DNA of 64,000 nucleotides from Octopus vulgaris (taxonomy: Eukaryota). The stretch spans positions 111,910,001-111,974,000 of the forward strand of contig OX597817.1 of assembly GCA_951406725.2 (NCBI GenBank), written 5' to 3'. Below are positions 35,631-49,086 of the stretch, piece after piece. Each line of letters begins with the position of its first letter. Position 1 is the stretch's first letter. The position numbers were made by a program, and so were the translations under genes. The notes below the pieces were generated by a model. It was not told where the DNA came from. It was given only the letters and a program-made list of their open reading frames with translations, and made no database searches.

Positions 35631-36300
35631 TTAAGCTGCAACTTGATTATCAAAATTTATTTCCTATATGTGATTAAAAGAATAAGGAAAGGTGGTAATT
35701 CAGAATATTAAAAGAAATTATGTCATGAAAAATATGTAATAGATAATGGCTATAATTGAAGTTTACTAAAAGACTATACTGATAATACTTGTATAACCCA
35801 ATGTCTTTCAGTTTATCACTTGACTGATTATTACAAACTGATATATCTAGTAACTTATATTTAGTGGAGTATGAGATACTTAAAACACACATTTTGACCT
35901 ACCACTTGGAATATGTTCCTGTCATGCAGATAACCTGACCTTGTTTTTTTTTAAAGTTAATAAAAGAAAGAAAAGGAAATTTGTTCTAGTTTTAGTAAAT
36001 CATCAGTCATGAAGAAAATTCTGTCGTTCAGTGGAACAAATTTCAGAGGCTTTGAAAAGAAGCAGAGAAGATAGCATATTTTGTAAATGAATATGTTTTA
36101 TGTTTCAAATTCTGAGTTACTTTTCTAAAACAAATTAAAAGTAACAAATAAATGAACTGCTGTGTATAACTTATGTTTATCTTAATGTTCTTGTCAATTA
36201 TCCAATATTTTGAATCTTCTCTAATAAATCTTTGTTAATATTATACTTAGTAGATGACAAAAACAAGGAAGAAAATATCAAGAAAATAATAATAAACATA

Positions 36301-36456
36301 AGTGCAGGCATGGCCGTGTGGTAAGAAGCTTGCTTCTCAACTGCATGGTTTCAGTTTTAGTCCTACTGCGTGGCACCTTGTGCAAGTGTCTTCTAGCATA
36401 GCCTTGGGCTGACCAAAGCCTTGTGAGCAAATTTGAAGACAGAAACTGAAAGAAGC

Positions 36457-36501
<45 letters not shown>

Positions 36502-36660
36502 CATGTGTGTTTATGCTCCCATAACAGAGCAGTTTGGTAAAAGAGAAGAGTAGAATAAGTAACCAGCTTAAAAATAAGTACTGGGGTTGATTTGTTTAAC
36601 TAAAATTCTTCGAGGCAGTGCCCCAGCAAGGCTGCAGTCTAAAGACAAACAAATAAAAGA
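36301..36660 (+). mobile_element. SINE family A
   Basis: tggccgtgtggtaagaagcttgc head, accttg.gcaagtgtcttcta core, internal (TG)n, A-rich tail. Confidence 0.8.
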
Positions 36661-37564
36661 TTTAAAATTTTATTCATCATTGTTTATGTTTATTAATAAA
36701 AGGCTTTGTTCCATAAAATCTAAACATATGTAAGATTTTGTCCATTTTGACAGGGATTTTTCCAATTTTGTTATCACCATGGCTTTGAAGGTGATGTGAA
36801 GAAACTTTTCATGAAAAAACTTTTGAAAATTTATGATTTTTTTTCTCACCCCACCATCTGGACTAATTTTTTTTACACTAGACATTTAGAAACGGCGGGA
36901 GAAGCCTTTTCGGTAACAAAAAAAAAGAGAAAAATATTTGAAAATATTCCCAGATGTAAAGATATGTGATTTTAAGAGAGAGTTAGCTGTTGTTTCTAGC
37001 ATAACCTGTGACTACCTGGTACCTTCCTCATCTTCCCACCCAAGCAGCATCAAGCAAGTGTGTGTGCATGTTAGTAAATAAACATATTTACTAACAGAAA
37101 AGTATGCTATTAAAAATGCATACTTTTCTGTTAGTAAATATATTTTTCTTACACACACACTTGCTTGATTTTCTCTGTTTTGACTGAGATTCTTTGGATT
37201 GTTATTCACCACACACTTCAAAATGATGAGTGAGGGAAGATTTTATGGGAAATTTTTTCTTGAAAATCTAAGATTTTTCAACCCCACCACTCCACACCCT
37301 AACGACAGATTTTTCAAATTACTTTTGCAATATGCACTTAAAGACGATGGGGGGGGGGGAGCCTGTTTTGAAACATCACACCCCACTCCACCCTCATGAC
37401 AGTGACATCTATTTTCCTTTAATTTTTTTCAACAATGACCCGTCTACTTATACACTGATGCACACACAGAAAGAAATGAGAAAAATAAAAATTGCATTTC
37501 CTCAGACCTTGGTCACACATTTCTTTGTGAAAAAAAAATCCAAATTATTATATTATTGACAACA

Positions 37565-37975
37565 TCGGTTTCAAATTTTGGCACAAGGCCAGTATTTCAG
37601 GGGGTGGGGAGTCGATTACATCGACCCCAGTATTCAACTAGTACTAAGTTGGGTAAGTCAACCTCAGCAGTATTTGAACTCAGAATGTGAAGAAGAATGA
37701 AATGCTGCTAAGCATTTTACCTGGCGTGCCAACAATCCCACCAGCTAGCTGCCATATATTATTGATGTTACTTGAAGGCAGTGAGCTGGGAGAATCATTA
37801 CTGCACTGGGCAAAATGTTTAGTGGCATTTTGTTTGTTTTTATGCTCTGAGTTCAACTCTGCCTTTCATCCTTTTGGGGTCAATAAAATAAGTAAGTACC
37901 AGTTGAATAATGGAGATGATGTAATTAACTTACCCTCACCCAAGAAATGCTGGTCTTGTATCAAAATTTGAAAAC
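37565..37975. mobile_element. Head-to-head pair of SINE family B copies
   Basis: Minus copy ~37565-37752, plus copy ~37775-37975; outer ends tttcaaattttggcacaaggccag / ctggtcttgtatcaaaatttgaaa. Confidence 0.75.
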
Positions 37976-38594
37976 AATATTACTTGAAATTACAAACAAA
38001 ATACAAACTCTAGCAATAAAAATATTTTAAGTCTAGCAATAAAGATATTTTAAGTGAGACAAAAAAATTTATAAATCTAACACTTAGTACGTTTAAAGGA
38101 AGTAAAAATAGTGTTCATTTAATAAACTTACCAAATAGTTGCTATGTTTTACCTCAGTTAGTTTTCAATGTAAAACGAATACAAGTAAAAGCTAGAAGTG
38201 TAGCAGAAAAATTACTAAATAAATAGTATAGCTAAAGAAACAATTGTCCCAGATGTTACTAAAAGTATACCACGCTCTAAATACATATGTGCTAACAAAA
38301 CACACATGTCTAAAGGTCAAAATAATAATTTTCCTTTCTACATTCACTGATAAAACATAAAAAGGAAGAAAAGGCAGCAGTAGTAACTCCAGTTTTCAAT
38401 TTAATATCTATTTGTTATATCTAGGTTGTTCTACTTATATGTTCTAGATAGAAAACACGTGGATTAGGAATAAGGGTGCTAGTCTCATAATCACAAGGTT
38501 ATGCATCTCCTGCATTAAAACTGCCTCAGGTTACAGGAATTTATTCTTAAGGAAATTGTAAAGTACACATGCATCTATACACATATTTTAGTTA

Positions 38595-38684
<90 letters not shown>

Positions 38685-39342
38685 GTTATAATTTAAAACA
38701 AACAATAAAAAGTTGTCATTATAGTACTCAGAGTGAAGAGGTACGTTACATTCTCGTTGACTGTTAATGGCAACAGACGCTATGAAAAATTGTTAAATAA
38801 AAGGAAGTAACTTTAATAGATGGAAAAAGAAAAAAAGATAAAAGATAGATGCAAACATATTTTCACAATACATAGACATAAACCTCCTGCATTCACGCAA
38901 ACATGTATACGTACATGTACAAACACACACACAAACATATGTATGTATGTACTCATACATACACATACACGTGTGTGTGTATATATATATATATATATAT
39001 GTCGCAACCTCATATACCACATAGTTGTTTACATGCAGACACGGAACATAATACATTTATATGTATAATTATACGTGTGTATGTATATACATATATATTA
39101 TATATAAATATATATGTGTTTGTGTATACATATATATATATAAACACGCCCTCCAATCACACACCTACACCTGCACATATACAAACATATGGATATCCAT
39201 ATAAATGAAGGGGGCGTGTGCATGAAAGTTGCACATATGCAATGGACAGTCTTACACTCATATACACACACATACATATACAAATACACACACACATACA
39301 CACTCACACAATTAAAAAGGAAAAAAATGAAAAATATATATA

Positions 39343-39505
39343 GGCGCAGGAGTGGCTGTGTGGTAAGTAGCTTGTTTACCAACCACATGGTTCAGTCCCA
39401 CTGCGGGGCACCTTGGGCAAGTGTCTTCTACTATAGCCTCGGACCGACCAAAGCCTTGTGAGAGGATTTGGTAGACGGAAACTGAAAGAAGCCTGTCGTA
39501 TATAT
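39343..39505 (+). mobile_element. SINE family A (well preserved 5' part)
   Basis: ggcgcaggagtggctgtgtggtaag..ttcagtcccactgcg..accttgggcaagtgtcttctactatagcc..ggaaactgaaagaagcc. Confidence 0.85.
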
Positions 39506-39958
39506 TTATAGCCCAATGAGAGCGCATATGCCTGCTCCATCATATGACCCCATGCTCACATTGAAAGAACCTTCTTCTGCTGTCTTGACCCACTCTACAT
39601 TCTCGCTGAAGAGTAAGGTCTTTCAAGCATGGAGGATTATATCCTTATCTTGTTCACTGATCTCTATAAAAAGCCTGTGAAAGTGAAGGCTTTATCTAGC
39701 AGTTTTCTAGAAATAGATGCACAGAAATCTACAATATCAAATTGTGTAAATCTGACTTTATTCTTATTATTAATAGTTTTAAACCAGTTAACAACTTCTA
39801 TACTATTGGACCATTGCATTAAATTCGTTGCTCCTCTAACTTAAGCATTAATTAAAAAAAAATTTTCCTTGCTAATTATACCAATTTCTGATTTTGCGGG
39901 GTCAATTAGTCTGCATCTAGGATTAGATAGGAAGTTCTATTATGGTCCTTAATAATTA

Positions 39959-41143
39959 TTAGGTTGTCAAGAAAGTTCTTGTGGAATTTTTAATTTCGGT
40001 TTTAAATGATATATTTTCAAATAAATTTTTGTTAAATTATTTTGACTTTATATATCATTTTGAATAATTAGGCCATTTTTTCCAGAACGTTGAATACAAC
40101 GTGGACAAAAAGCAAATTCGCACAATTTTTTTTATTCCAGTTCAAGCTAGGCTGAAAAGCTGCTGAAACAGCTCGCGATATCAATGATGCATTTGGCCCA
40201 GGAACCTCTAATGAACGTACAGCACAATGGTGGTTCAAGAAATTTCATAGTGGTGACAAGAGTCTTGAAGATGATAAGCGTAGTGGTCAGTCATTGGATG
40301 TTGACAACAATCAACTAAGAGCCATAGTCAAAGCCAGTCCACGCACAACTGTTCGAGAGCTTGCTTCTGAATCAGATGTAACGTATATGACAATTTCCAA
40401 CCACTTGAAAGAGATTGGAAAAACCAAAAATACTTGAGGAATGTGTGCCACACGAATTGAACGAAAACATCATTTGAAGTGTTGTCTTCCCTTCTTTTAT
40501 GCAACAAGAAGGACTTGTTTCTCGACCGGATTGTGACTTGTGATGAAAAGTGGATCCTTTATGATAACTGGTGAGTGGTTGGATGTCACCGAAGCTCCAT
40601 GGCACTTCCCGAAGCCAAAGTTGCACCAAAAGAAGGTCTCATCCATCACAGCTTTTGGATCCAGGCGAAACCATTACAGCGAAGTACTGTCAGCAAATGG
40701 ATGAAATACATAAGAAACTCCGACAACAACAGCCAGCATTGGTCAACAGAAAAGGACCAATTCTTCTCCTAAACAATGTTTGGCTGCACGTCACACAACT
40801 GACCCTGCAGAAATTGAACAAATTGGGCTACGAAAACTCTGCCTCATCTATCATATTCACCAGACCATTTGCTTACTGACTACCATTTTTTCAAACATCT
40901 TGACAACTTCCCGCATAAGAAATGCTTCAAAAACCAAGATGATGCCAAACACACCTTCAATGACTTCATTGCCACCAGAATGCAGGATTTTTATGCTACT
41001 GGCATAAATAAACTTGTTTCATATTGGCAAAAGTGTGTTGATTCTGATGGTGTTTATTTCGATTAATAAAGTTTTGTTTGAGCTGATATATATGCATCTG
41101 AATTTAAAGGTTAAAAACCACAAGAACTTTCTTGACAACCCAA
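39959..41143 (+). mobile_element. Mariner element (second family), relic
   Basis: TA|TTAGGTTGTCAAGAAAGTTCTTGTGG ... CCACAAGAACTTTCTTGACAACCCAA|TA; CVPHEL, FLDRIVTCDEKWILYDN, TDYHFFKHL, WQKCVDSDGVYFD. Confidence 0.92.
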
Positions 41144-41936
41144 TATAAAGGCCTCTTTTTTTTTTATCTAATCTAAACCTAGCGGTGATGACACTAGCTT
41201 CTTTATTAATGTCGTTATAAACTTGCAGTCTAGCTTTAGTGTAATTACTAATAACATTTGTTATGTAGGAGTTATGAGTATGTGCTGTTGTCTACAAGGT
41301 ATAAGTTCTTGGTTTTATCACAAAAAAGTACCATTTTTTTTTTTTTTTTAATGTTTCTTTGTCTTTTTTCATTTTCTGTTGAAAAATGTTAAAGGACTTA
41401 TGATATTTGGTTTTGTTTATAAGCTTCAGTTGTTCTGTTTTCTAAGTCTTCTAAGTCCACACACACACACACATATACCCCCTCCCATCACACACCTCCA
41501 CCTGAACATATACAAACATATGCATATCCATATAAATGAAGGGGGCGTGTGCATGAAAGTTGCATATATGCACTGGACAGTCTTACACTTATATACATAC
41601 ACATATATACACATGCACACATATACATACACATATATACACATGCACACATATATACATATACGTATAAACACACATGTACACACTCATACAATTAAAA
41701 AGGAAAAAAAATGAAAAAATATAAATGAAAAATGAATGGAAGTTAAAACATTGGAAAGCTTGTGCAGGAACATAGCAGAAATGTGTATTCTAGCCATGAT
41801 CTTAGGGGGACCCAAAACCATAAAAGGTATATATGTATCTATGCAGGAGTGTGAATGTATGTCTAAATATATATGTATTATGTGTATGCATGTAAGCGAC
41901 TATGTGTATATGAAGATGAGGTTGCATACATATACA

Positions 41937-42010
<74 letters not shown>

Positions 42011-42519
42011 TGGATATGTGTGTATGTATGAGTACGTACATACATGTGTTTGTGTGTGTACATGTACATATGTAGACGTTGTGAACACAGGAGCCTTATG
42101 TCTATGCATTATGAGAATATGGTTGCGTATATTTTTTAACTTTTTCTTTTTTGTTTTTCCATCTATAAGAGTTACGTTGCTTTTATTTAATGGTTTATCA
42201 TAGTGTCTATTGTCATTAATCACTGACAAGAATGTATTGTAGCTCTGCTCCGACATTTGAAACTGAGTACTATAATGACAACCTTTTACTGTTTGTTCTA
42301 AATTACAACATATGGTGTACCATTTCACTGACATACAGGGAAGGACAGAAAGAGCAGGAGATGCAGTAAATGACGTTGCTAGAGGTGTAGGTAAAGGAGT
42401 CAGTGACATGATAGGGACAATGATTGTGCCTGTGCCTGTGAGGATGGTGGTGTTGGAGAGGTAGGGGCAAGTGCTGCAGCATAGGTGGGAGTAGGGGAAC
42501 AAGCCAGGTTGGGAGGTGG

Positions 42520-43560
42520 GGTTAGGGAAGAAACTGTGGACCAGGAGAGAGTTGTGGGCTTGTTTGAAGGAGGGGAGGGGTAGGTTGGGGAAGATGTGCA
42601 ATGTAAAGGACAGCTCTGGAGATGACAGAATGCAAGAAGTGTGATGTTGATTGTAAGTCAGTATCATCCTTTCCCTGCCTGGTTGCCATGAATGTTGATC
42701 TGAGGTATTTGAAGTGGTCAACTTTTTTGAGGACCTCACCACTGAGAACAATTGGCACTTTTTCCATAAAGGGGATCACAGCAACTAGAATTTTGTCTTT
42801 GGACACATGTCTTCATGCCAATCTTGAGAGCCAAGGAGTTGAGGTCATTGATACCTGTTTGGAAGTCAGCATAATTATCCCTAAAGATTGCTATATCATC
42901 AATGTAGTCAAGGTCAGAGAGGACAAAATATGCTTCCACAGTAACACCAGGAATTTCTGCCAATTTTGTGACCCAGTAGATGGCATTATTAAACAGGGTT
43001 AAGATAATGTACAAACCCAGGAGACCCTGGAACAGACATCTAAAAATGGTGATTCTCATGCACATGTTGGAATCTTTGCTTGTGTTTCAGCAGATTCAGA
43101 AGTTTTGGTGGAAAACCAACTGTAGCCATTACTTCCCCAAAAAGCATGGTCGTCAACTGAGTCAAATGCTGCCACAAAATCAATGAAATAGATAATGGTT
43201 GGCTGTTGATAACACCAATGAAGCTCCAGAGTTCTCAGCATGAAAATCTGATCTGCACAGCCATGGCCAGGATGAAAGCTGGACTGGTTAGGATGGGTGT
43301 GCTGGTCTCACTTAAGCTGGAATCTGAGTAACAGGATTGGGGTAAATACAGCTGTGATAGCAATCAGGTTGATTGCCTCTGTAGTTTCCACAGTAGCATC
43401 TGTCTCCTTTCTTGAAGAATGGAACTGCATCTCTCCAATCATGGGAAGATTGTATCAATTCTAGAGTGCATGATTATTTGTTGCAGCCACAGAGTGAGGA
43501 GTTCTTAGTAGTGCTTGAAGATCTCCACTGGTACAGCAACTTTGTTGTTTTTCAAGTTTG
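42520..43560 (-). mobile_element. Degraded RTE-like LINE RT fragment
   Basis: IIYFIDFVAAFDSVD, LSDLDYIDDIAIF and GEVLKKVDHFKYL in ORFs 43056-43241, 42736-43065 and 42522-42806. Confidence 0.75.
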
Positions 43561-44249
43561 CAATCACAGCACACAGTTTCTCAATGGTCGGTGCTTCTGT
43601 TCGGCAATTGCACATTGTTGTGGAGGACTGATCAGTCAGCGGCCCAACAAAAATTATTGCTAAAGAGTTGGCACTTATAGAGGCAAGTCTGCAGGTTTTT
43701 GCTGATAATGGTCCTAATCATGAATGTAACATGAAAATTACAGGTGGAGTTTACAATGAACTCAGTTCCTATCCTAAGCTGTACAAAGAGATGATGCATC
43801 ATAAACAACAAACAACTTTTGATATATTCTTCACCTCTCAAGCTGATGTTCATGATAATGACCTATAAGATAGCAAATATTGTACATCCTCTTAGTAATG
43901 CTCACTCCACCACCACCACCACTCCTCACACAGTAGTCAACCTTATACTCTTACGATATAACTCTTATTAATTCCCTAACAAATTACTCTTGAAATGTTT
44001 TTGTGTTCTGAATCTATATTGTATTGTGTATGTTTAGAAATATCTATTTTCATGTATAAAAGTGATAGTGTTGCTTGTTCTCTGTTGTTTCATTGTACTA
44101 TTTTTTAAAAAAGTTTGTAGGAATACAATCTCACTTGATAACATGAAAATCAATAGGTAAATTCATTTTGCATTATGGGATTTCACATTACAGCTAGATT
44201 TTCAGGAACACATTATTTCCATAAAGTGAGGGATTCCTGTATTTCATTT

Positions 44250-44770
44250 AAAATTGCTCCAGGCTACTCAGCTTAAGAAACAGTTGAGTATTGGTACAGC
44301 TATTTCTCTCTTTCTTTGTCACTCTCTTCTTCCAGCTGTTACCTATTTGATATCCCACTGGCTCAAGGGTAGGAGGTACTGAAAGGGTAGTCAAACTTAT
44401 ATTGTTCATGACTACATCAACTTGTAGAACAATCAGCAAAAGCATGGTGTGTGCTGCTGTCATACTAGAAAGCAGGCAGGCAGCACATTGTGTATAATTT
44501 TTCTCCATGCATTGTGATGAGAAAGGGTGATCTATGTTGACAGGAGCCAACACAAGAAAGTAGTCTTGTTGGATAAGATATTGGGCAACCTGCTTATAGT
44601 TTGTGAGATCACATCTACAGCAAGTGCTTTGTAATGTCATTGATTGTATGTTCATCAAGATTTTGGATATAGGTATCTGATGAACTGGATACACTGGTTT
44701 CCTATCATTATTTACATTTACCCCAATGCCAGGAAAGTGGAGCCACATCTTCAAAAGTCTTTTGGACATA
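44250..44770 (-). mobile_element. Possible LTR-retrotransposon integrase relic
   Basis: WLHFPGI.., LIQQDYF and SVPPT..SG fragments reminiscent of Gypsy integrase; heavily degraded. Confidence 0.3.
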
Positions 44771-45325
44771 AGAAAAATTTACATTTTTAAGAGGATAGTC
44801 ATTATAATTTTTGAATTAATTAATCAGAAAGAATGTGAATGGAATTGAAAGCTGAAACAGTGTATGTTGTGTTGAGATGTGAAGTTGCGACTATCATTAG
44901 TTACTGCTTGCTCTCATAGCACAACAATATTAACCTCTTCAAAAAAAAAAAAAAAAAAAAAAAAACGCTGAAAAACTGGTATTTTAGGCTTATGTTGAAT
45001 CAAGTACAAGCTTTACTCAAAAGATTATATATTTCCCATGTCATGACAACCAAACATACGACATTTTCTGCTTGCATTGATCCACTATTCTCTGATCTAG
45101 TCTCTGCTCTTTCTGACACTATCTGTAGGTCTTTTTCACTCAGCAAATATGAATTAGATAAGATATTCATAGCACCTTAATGTACATGTACACATATACA
45201 CACATGCATGTGTGTGTGTATATGTATAATAAATCCCAAAAAAGAACAACAAACACAAAAACAACAACGCGAGGACGTGGTACATGTAAAGTGTTAGCAG
45301 ACGTTCAGGGAAGGAAAGAAAGGTG

Positions 45326-45360
45326 GTTTTATGTTTTGAGCAAAGCTCTTCTTCAGAAAC
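45326..45360 (-). ncRNA. Degenerate minimal hammerhead ribozyme in a short repeat (~45225-45445)
   Basis: Minus strand GTTT CTGAAGA A GAGC TTT GCTC AAAAC ATA AAAC; two G-to-A changes from GAAAC GTA. Confidence 0.55.
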
Positions 45361-45483
45361 GGGAGACAGAGGAAAGTCCAATAGAAAAGGAAGATGGGAG
45401 GAAAAAAACAAAAAAGTCACCAACAATTCACATGTGGTTACATTATGAAATGGATATATATATATATATACATATATATATAT

Positions 45484-46088
45484 GACGCTAGCATTAAATT
45501 CAACTTATGATGAAAGTAAACAAAGTTTACTTTAGAAGCATTGAGATGTATTAGAAGATACAGAAATAATTTGTTCTCATATGCATGATAATGCTAATAA
45601 AACAGTGTGAACAGGATAAATTATCCATACATTGCAGAAAAATATGTTACCGGCCAGCCATGAGACTCAAACTCACATCCCTGTGATTGCGTGTCAAGTG
45701 CTTTACTATTAAGCTAAACTGCCGAGTAACGAATTCTTCTGCAATTTTAGAATTTATAAATTTAGCTTTATAAGACACTAATGTTAAATTCAACTTATGA
45801 TGAAATGAAATGTATTGAAAGATACAGAAATAATTTATTCTCAAAAGCATGATAATGTTAATAAAATCGTGTCAAGAGAATAAATTATTCTAAACTTGCA
45901 GAAGAATTCGTTACTGTGCAGTTTAGCTTAATGGTACACTTGATGCGTAATCACAGAGATGTAAGTTTGAGTCTCATGGCTGGTTGGTAACGTATTTTTC
46001 TGTAATGTATGGATAATTTATCTCGTTTATGCTATTTTATTAGCATTATCACTTGTTTGAGAATAAGTTATTTCTGTATCTTTCAATA
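45484..46088. mobile_element. Palindromic element with two inverted tRNA(Thr)-like heads and a hammerhead-like relic
   Basis: Arms ~45549-45753 / ~45887-46088; spacer repeats 45484-45625; tagcttaatggt..gcgtaat..gtttgagtc head. Confidence 0.65.
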
Positions 46089-46110
46089 TATATATATATA
46101 TATATAATAA

Positions 46111-46291
46111 ATTATAATAAATTAGAGACAAAACCACTATTATGCAAATCAAACAAAGAAAGACTTAAGCCAATACATAAAATATTTGTTAAATTTTAAT
46201 TTTTATAAATTATTTTATATTTTATGTATTGGCTTAAGTCTTTCTTTGTTTGATTTACATAATAGTGGTTTTGTCTCTAATTTATTATAAT
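46111..46291. repeat. 75-bp-arm inverted repeat embedded in (TA)n
   Basis: 46111-46185 vs 46217-46291, one mismatch. Confidence 0.9.
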
Positions 46292-46372
46292 ATAATATTT
46301 TATTATAAAATTGGATTCAATCTTAAATCCGATTTCCTTGTAAATTTGGATTTATTCCCTAATATTTATTAT

Positions 46373-46431
<59 letters not shown>

Positions 46432-47162
46432 CATACATACATTCACATATATATAAACAAATCGAAAACTTATCTATCTAGACATACAATGGTTCTAGTT
46501 TGCTGTGATCTAACCAACAAACTTCTTGCCACTATATGCCAAATCTCACTTAGATACCCAGTCACATTCATAACACCTCAAAATATTACACCAACACCAA
46601 CTGAAGAACATTTTCCCTTCGACCCAGTCCAACATGCATAAAAATAATAGCACCACCAATAACATTATATAACAGTAGTGGTGGTAAGTGTAGAAAAGCA
46701 ACCATTACATTCCAACCATGTTCAACATGCCTGTCTGTAATATGGTCACTAACGGTACTTAATGGACAAACAGAAACAAAATGGACTGCAGAAGAAACAC
46801 AATATGCCCAAATTGCTCTACAGCTCTCCATATGAAAACCCATGCACAACAAATGCACAGTGTTGCATTAAAAAAGATGGAAGCATGGTATATGCTGAGT
46901 AGTATATTTGAGGATTGTGTCTAGTTTAATGACAAACTACTTATATGCCAAAGGTCTGCTTGATCAGGTGGGGGATGTCCACACCTGTGAAGTTCCACTT
47001 CAGGCATAAAATCCTTTACCCATCTTGTAAATCTTTGCTTGCAAAGCCAAGAGAGAAGATTAATCCCACTACAATTCTTTGGGTCTTCCATGTTATCTTG
47101 TAGTATCTTCTACTGCATAACTTCTCTTAATGGTAGACTAAAACAAGGATCTGATTACTTAC

Positions 47163-47258
47163 CAATTTCACAAAGACCCAAGGCTTCATAAGTAATTAGT
47201 TCATTGGCTGAGAAACAATCATGGAGCTCTATGACATCTATATCTTGAGGATTAATAC
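47163..47258 (-). CDS. SCP2: SCP2/SCPx coding exon with catalytic HDCF motif
   Basis: cag|GT ATT ... ATT G|gtaag; 96 nt; [31 protein letters not shown](G). Confidence 0.97.
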
Positions 47259-47492
47259 CTGAATTACAATTGAAAAATAAACTTAGAGTTATTATATGCA
47301 GAAAGAAAGTAATAATAGAGATATAAAATGACAAACAATAATGACGATGACACCACAGAAATAAAATGGATAAGAACTAAGACTGCTCATGCTAGCTGAT
47401 CCAGAGGTTATAGAAAACTGTCTCATCTGTGAACATGGCATGCTTTGATCTTTCACTGATGAAAAAATCTTTGACAAGGATCAAAACCTACA

Positions 47493-48875
47493 TCTCTCTC
47501 TATATAAACGGCAGTTTGTCTGTCTGTGTGTCTGTCAGGTTGTACCCTCACCCTGACCACGGCTTTCAACCGATTCTGATGAAACTTGACACACACATAA
47601 CCCAATGTCATAATTCAAAACTAACGCAGCGAAAATTTTGAAAACTTCCCCCAGTTCTGAAAAAAATTGATAGATTCGACATGGGGTCGAGAATCTAAGC
47701 TTTTTATATGCAACACATTTTCTGTTGTAGTTTTCACAACTTGCAATCGATTTTCACCAAACTCATGGTGAAGCTTAATGTTACCCTAAGAAACTTAATT
47801 CTGACATTAGTTTTCCATGCAATACCTTACCATCAGAAAAAAATCGATAAAATCATGCCATTTTGGGAAATCGCGTTCAAATTCAAGATGACATATTTTT
47901 GACAATATCTTTCACAAATTGGCAGGAATTTTTTTTTAATTCACAGTGAGCATCATGTCTGCTCCAAGGAGCTATATGGTCCTTTTTATTCCAATACGAT
48001 ACTTTATTACTGGAAAAAATCGGTTAATAAAAGCATATGTGGCACACATAGTAAACCGATTTGTGTATTAAACACAAACCACAGACTGTCTAGGGGGCGC
48101 AATTCGACCTTTTTAACTCACTTTGCATCACTGTCAACACCCCTGCTAGCCTCCGGGACGCTGTCTTCCACGACCTAAAATGGCTGGCAGGCAGAGGTAT
48201 TCTCGCACCCAAAAATACAAGCGTCAACTCCATCAATATCCAGCTATTTGAAACTATTCCTGGTGATGTCCACGTCTACAAATCTATAGATAGGACAGCA
48301 GACCCCACCGACCTTGCCGATTATCCTGTTGAATTCCTGAATTCACTTGAACCGCCAGGCCTGCCGCCACACATCCTGAAGTTAAAAGTCGGTGAGCCCA
48401 TTATGCTCATCAGGAATTTGGTTCCACCTAAACAGTGCAACGGCACACGTCTGGTTGTGAAACATTTGGCACCACATTTAATAACAGCCACAATGCACCT
48501 TCAACCATTGGGCGCTGACCTACCAATCCACTTTGGGCATTCTCAGTTTCCTGTTAAACTCTGCTTCGCAATGTCCATCAATAAATCCCAAGGCCAAACG
48601 CTACAAGTCGCTGGGTTACATTTGGGCGAACAGTGCTTCGCCCACGGTCAACTCTACGTGGGCTGTTCACGCATTGGGAGGCACAATGATGTTTTCATGT
48701 TTTCGCCCAAAGGGACAGCTAGGAACATCGTATACACAGAAGTATTCGAGTGAAGAGAAGACATTGCAACCTACACATGCGCCTTCATTCCCTAGAGGGA
48801 AAGGACTAGATTGGGATTAGTCGTTGCCTACTAGGGGCTTTTACATACCCGGGCAACGCTGGGCTATGCTGCTAG
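47493..48875 (+). mobile_element. Non-autonomous Helitron with PIF1 helicase remnant
   Basis: A|TC start; CCCGGGCAACGCTGGG hairpin + CTAG|T end; MLIRNL..CNGTRL, FAMSINKSQGQTL, HGQLYVGCSR (48403-48753). Confidence 0.9.
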
Positions 48876-49032
48876 TCAGAAATAAAGGGTCAGTGTTCAA
48901 ATTCAAGGATATGTATTTAAAAAAGGAAACAGGATCCCCTACTGCTGATTGGAAATTTGATTCAACATTTTGAGTATTATAGCAGCATTTTTATCTACTG
49001 ACATGGACTACATTTTTTTTTTATTATATACA

Positions 49033-49063
<31 letters not shown>

Positions 49064-49086
49064 CACACACACACACACACACACAC

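Larger units (their letters stand above)
38684..42310. mobile_element. Putative non-autonomous DNA transposon with ~400-bp TIRs (TGTT...AACA), containing a nested SINE and mariner
   Basis: 38684-39065 is an inverted copy of ~41865-42310; 39148-39340 is directly repeated at ~41479-41720. Confidence 0.6.

Noticed and set aside
44248-44769. 173-aa minus-strand ORF as a nested host gene
   Set aside because: No coherent domain; fragments look like a frame-scrambled retroelement integrase.
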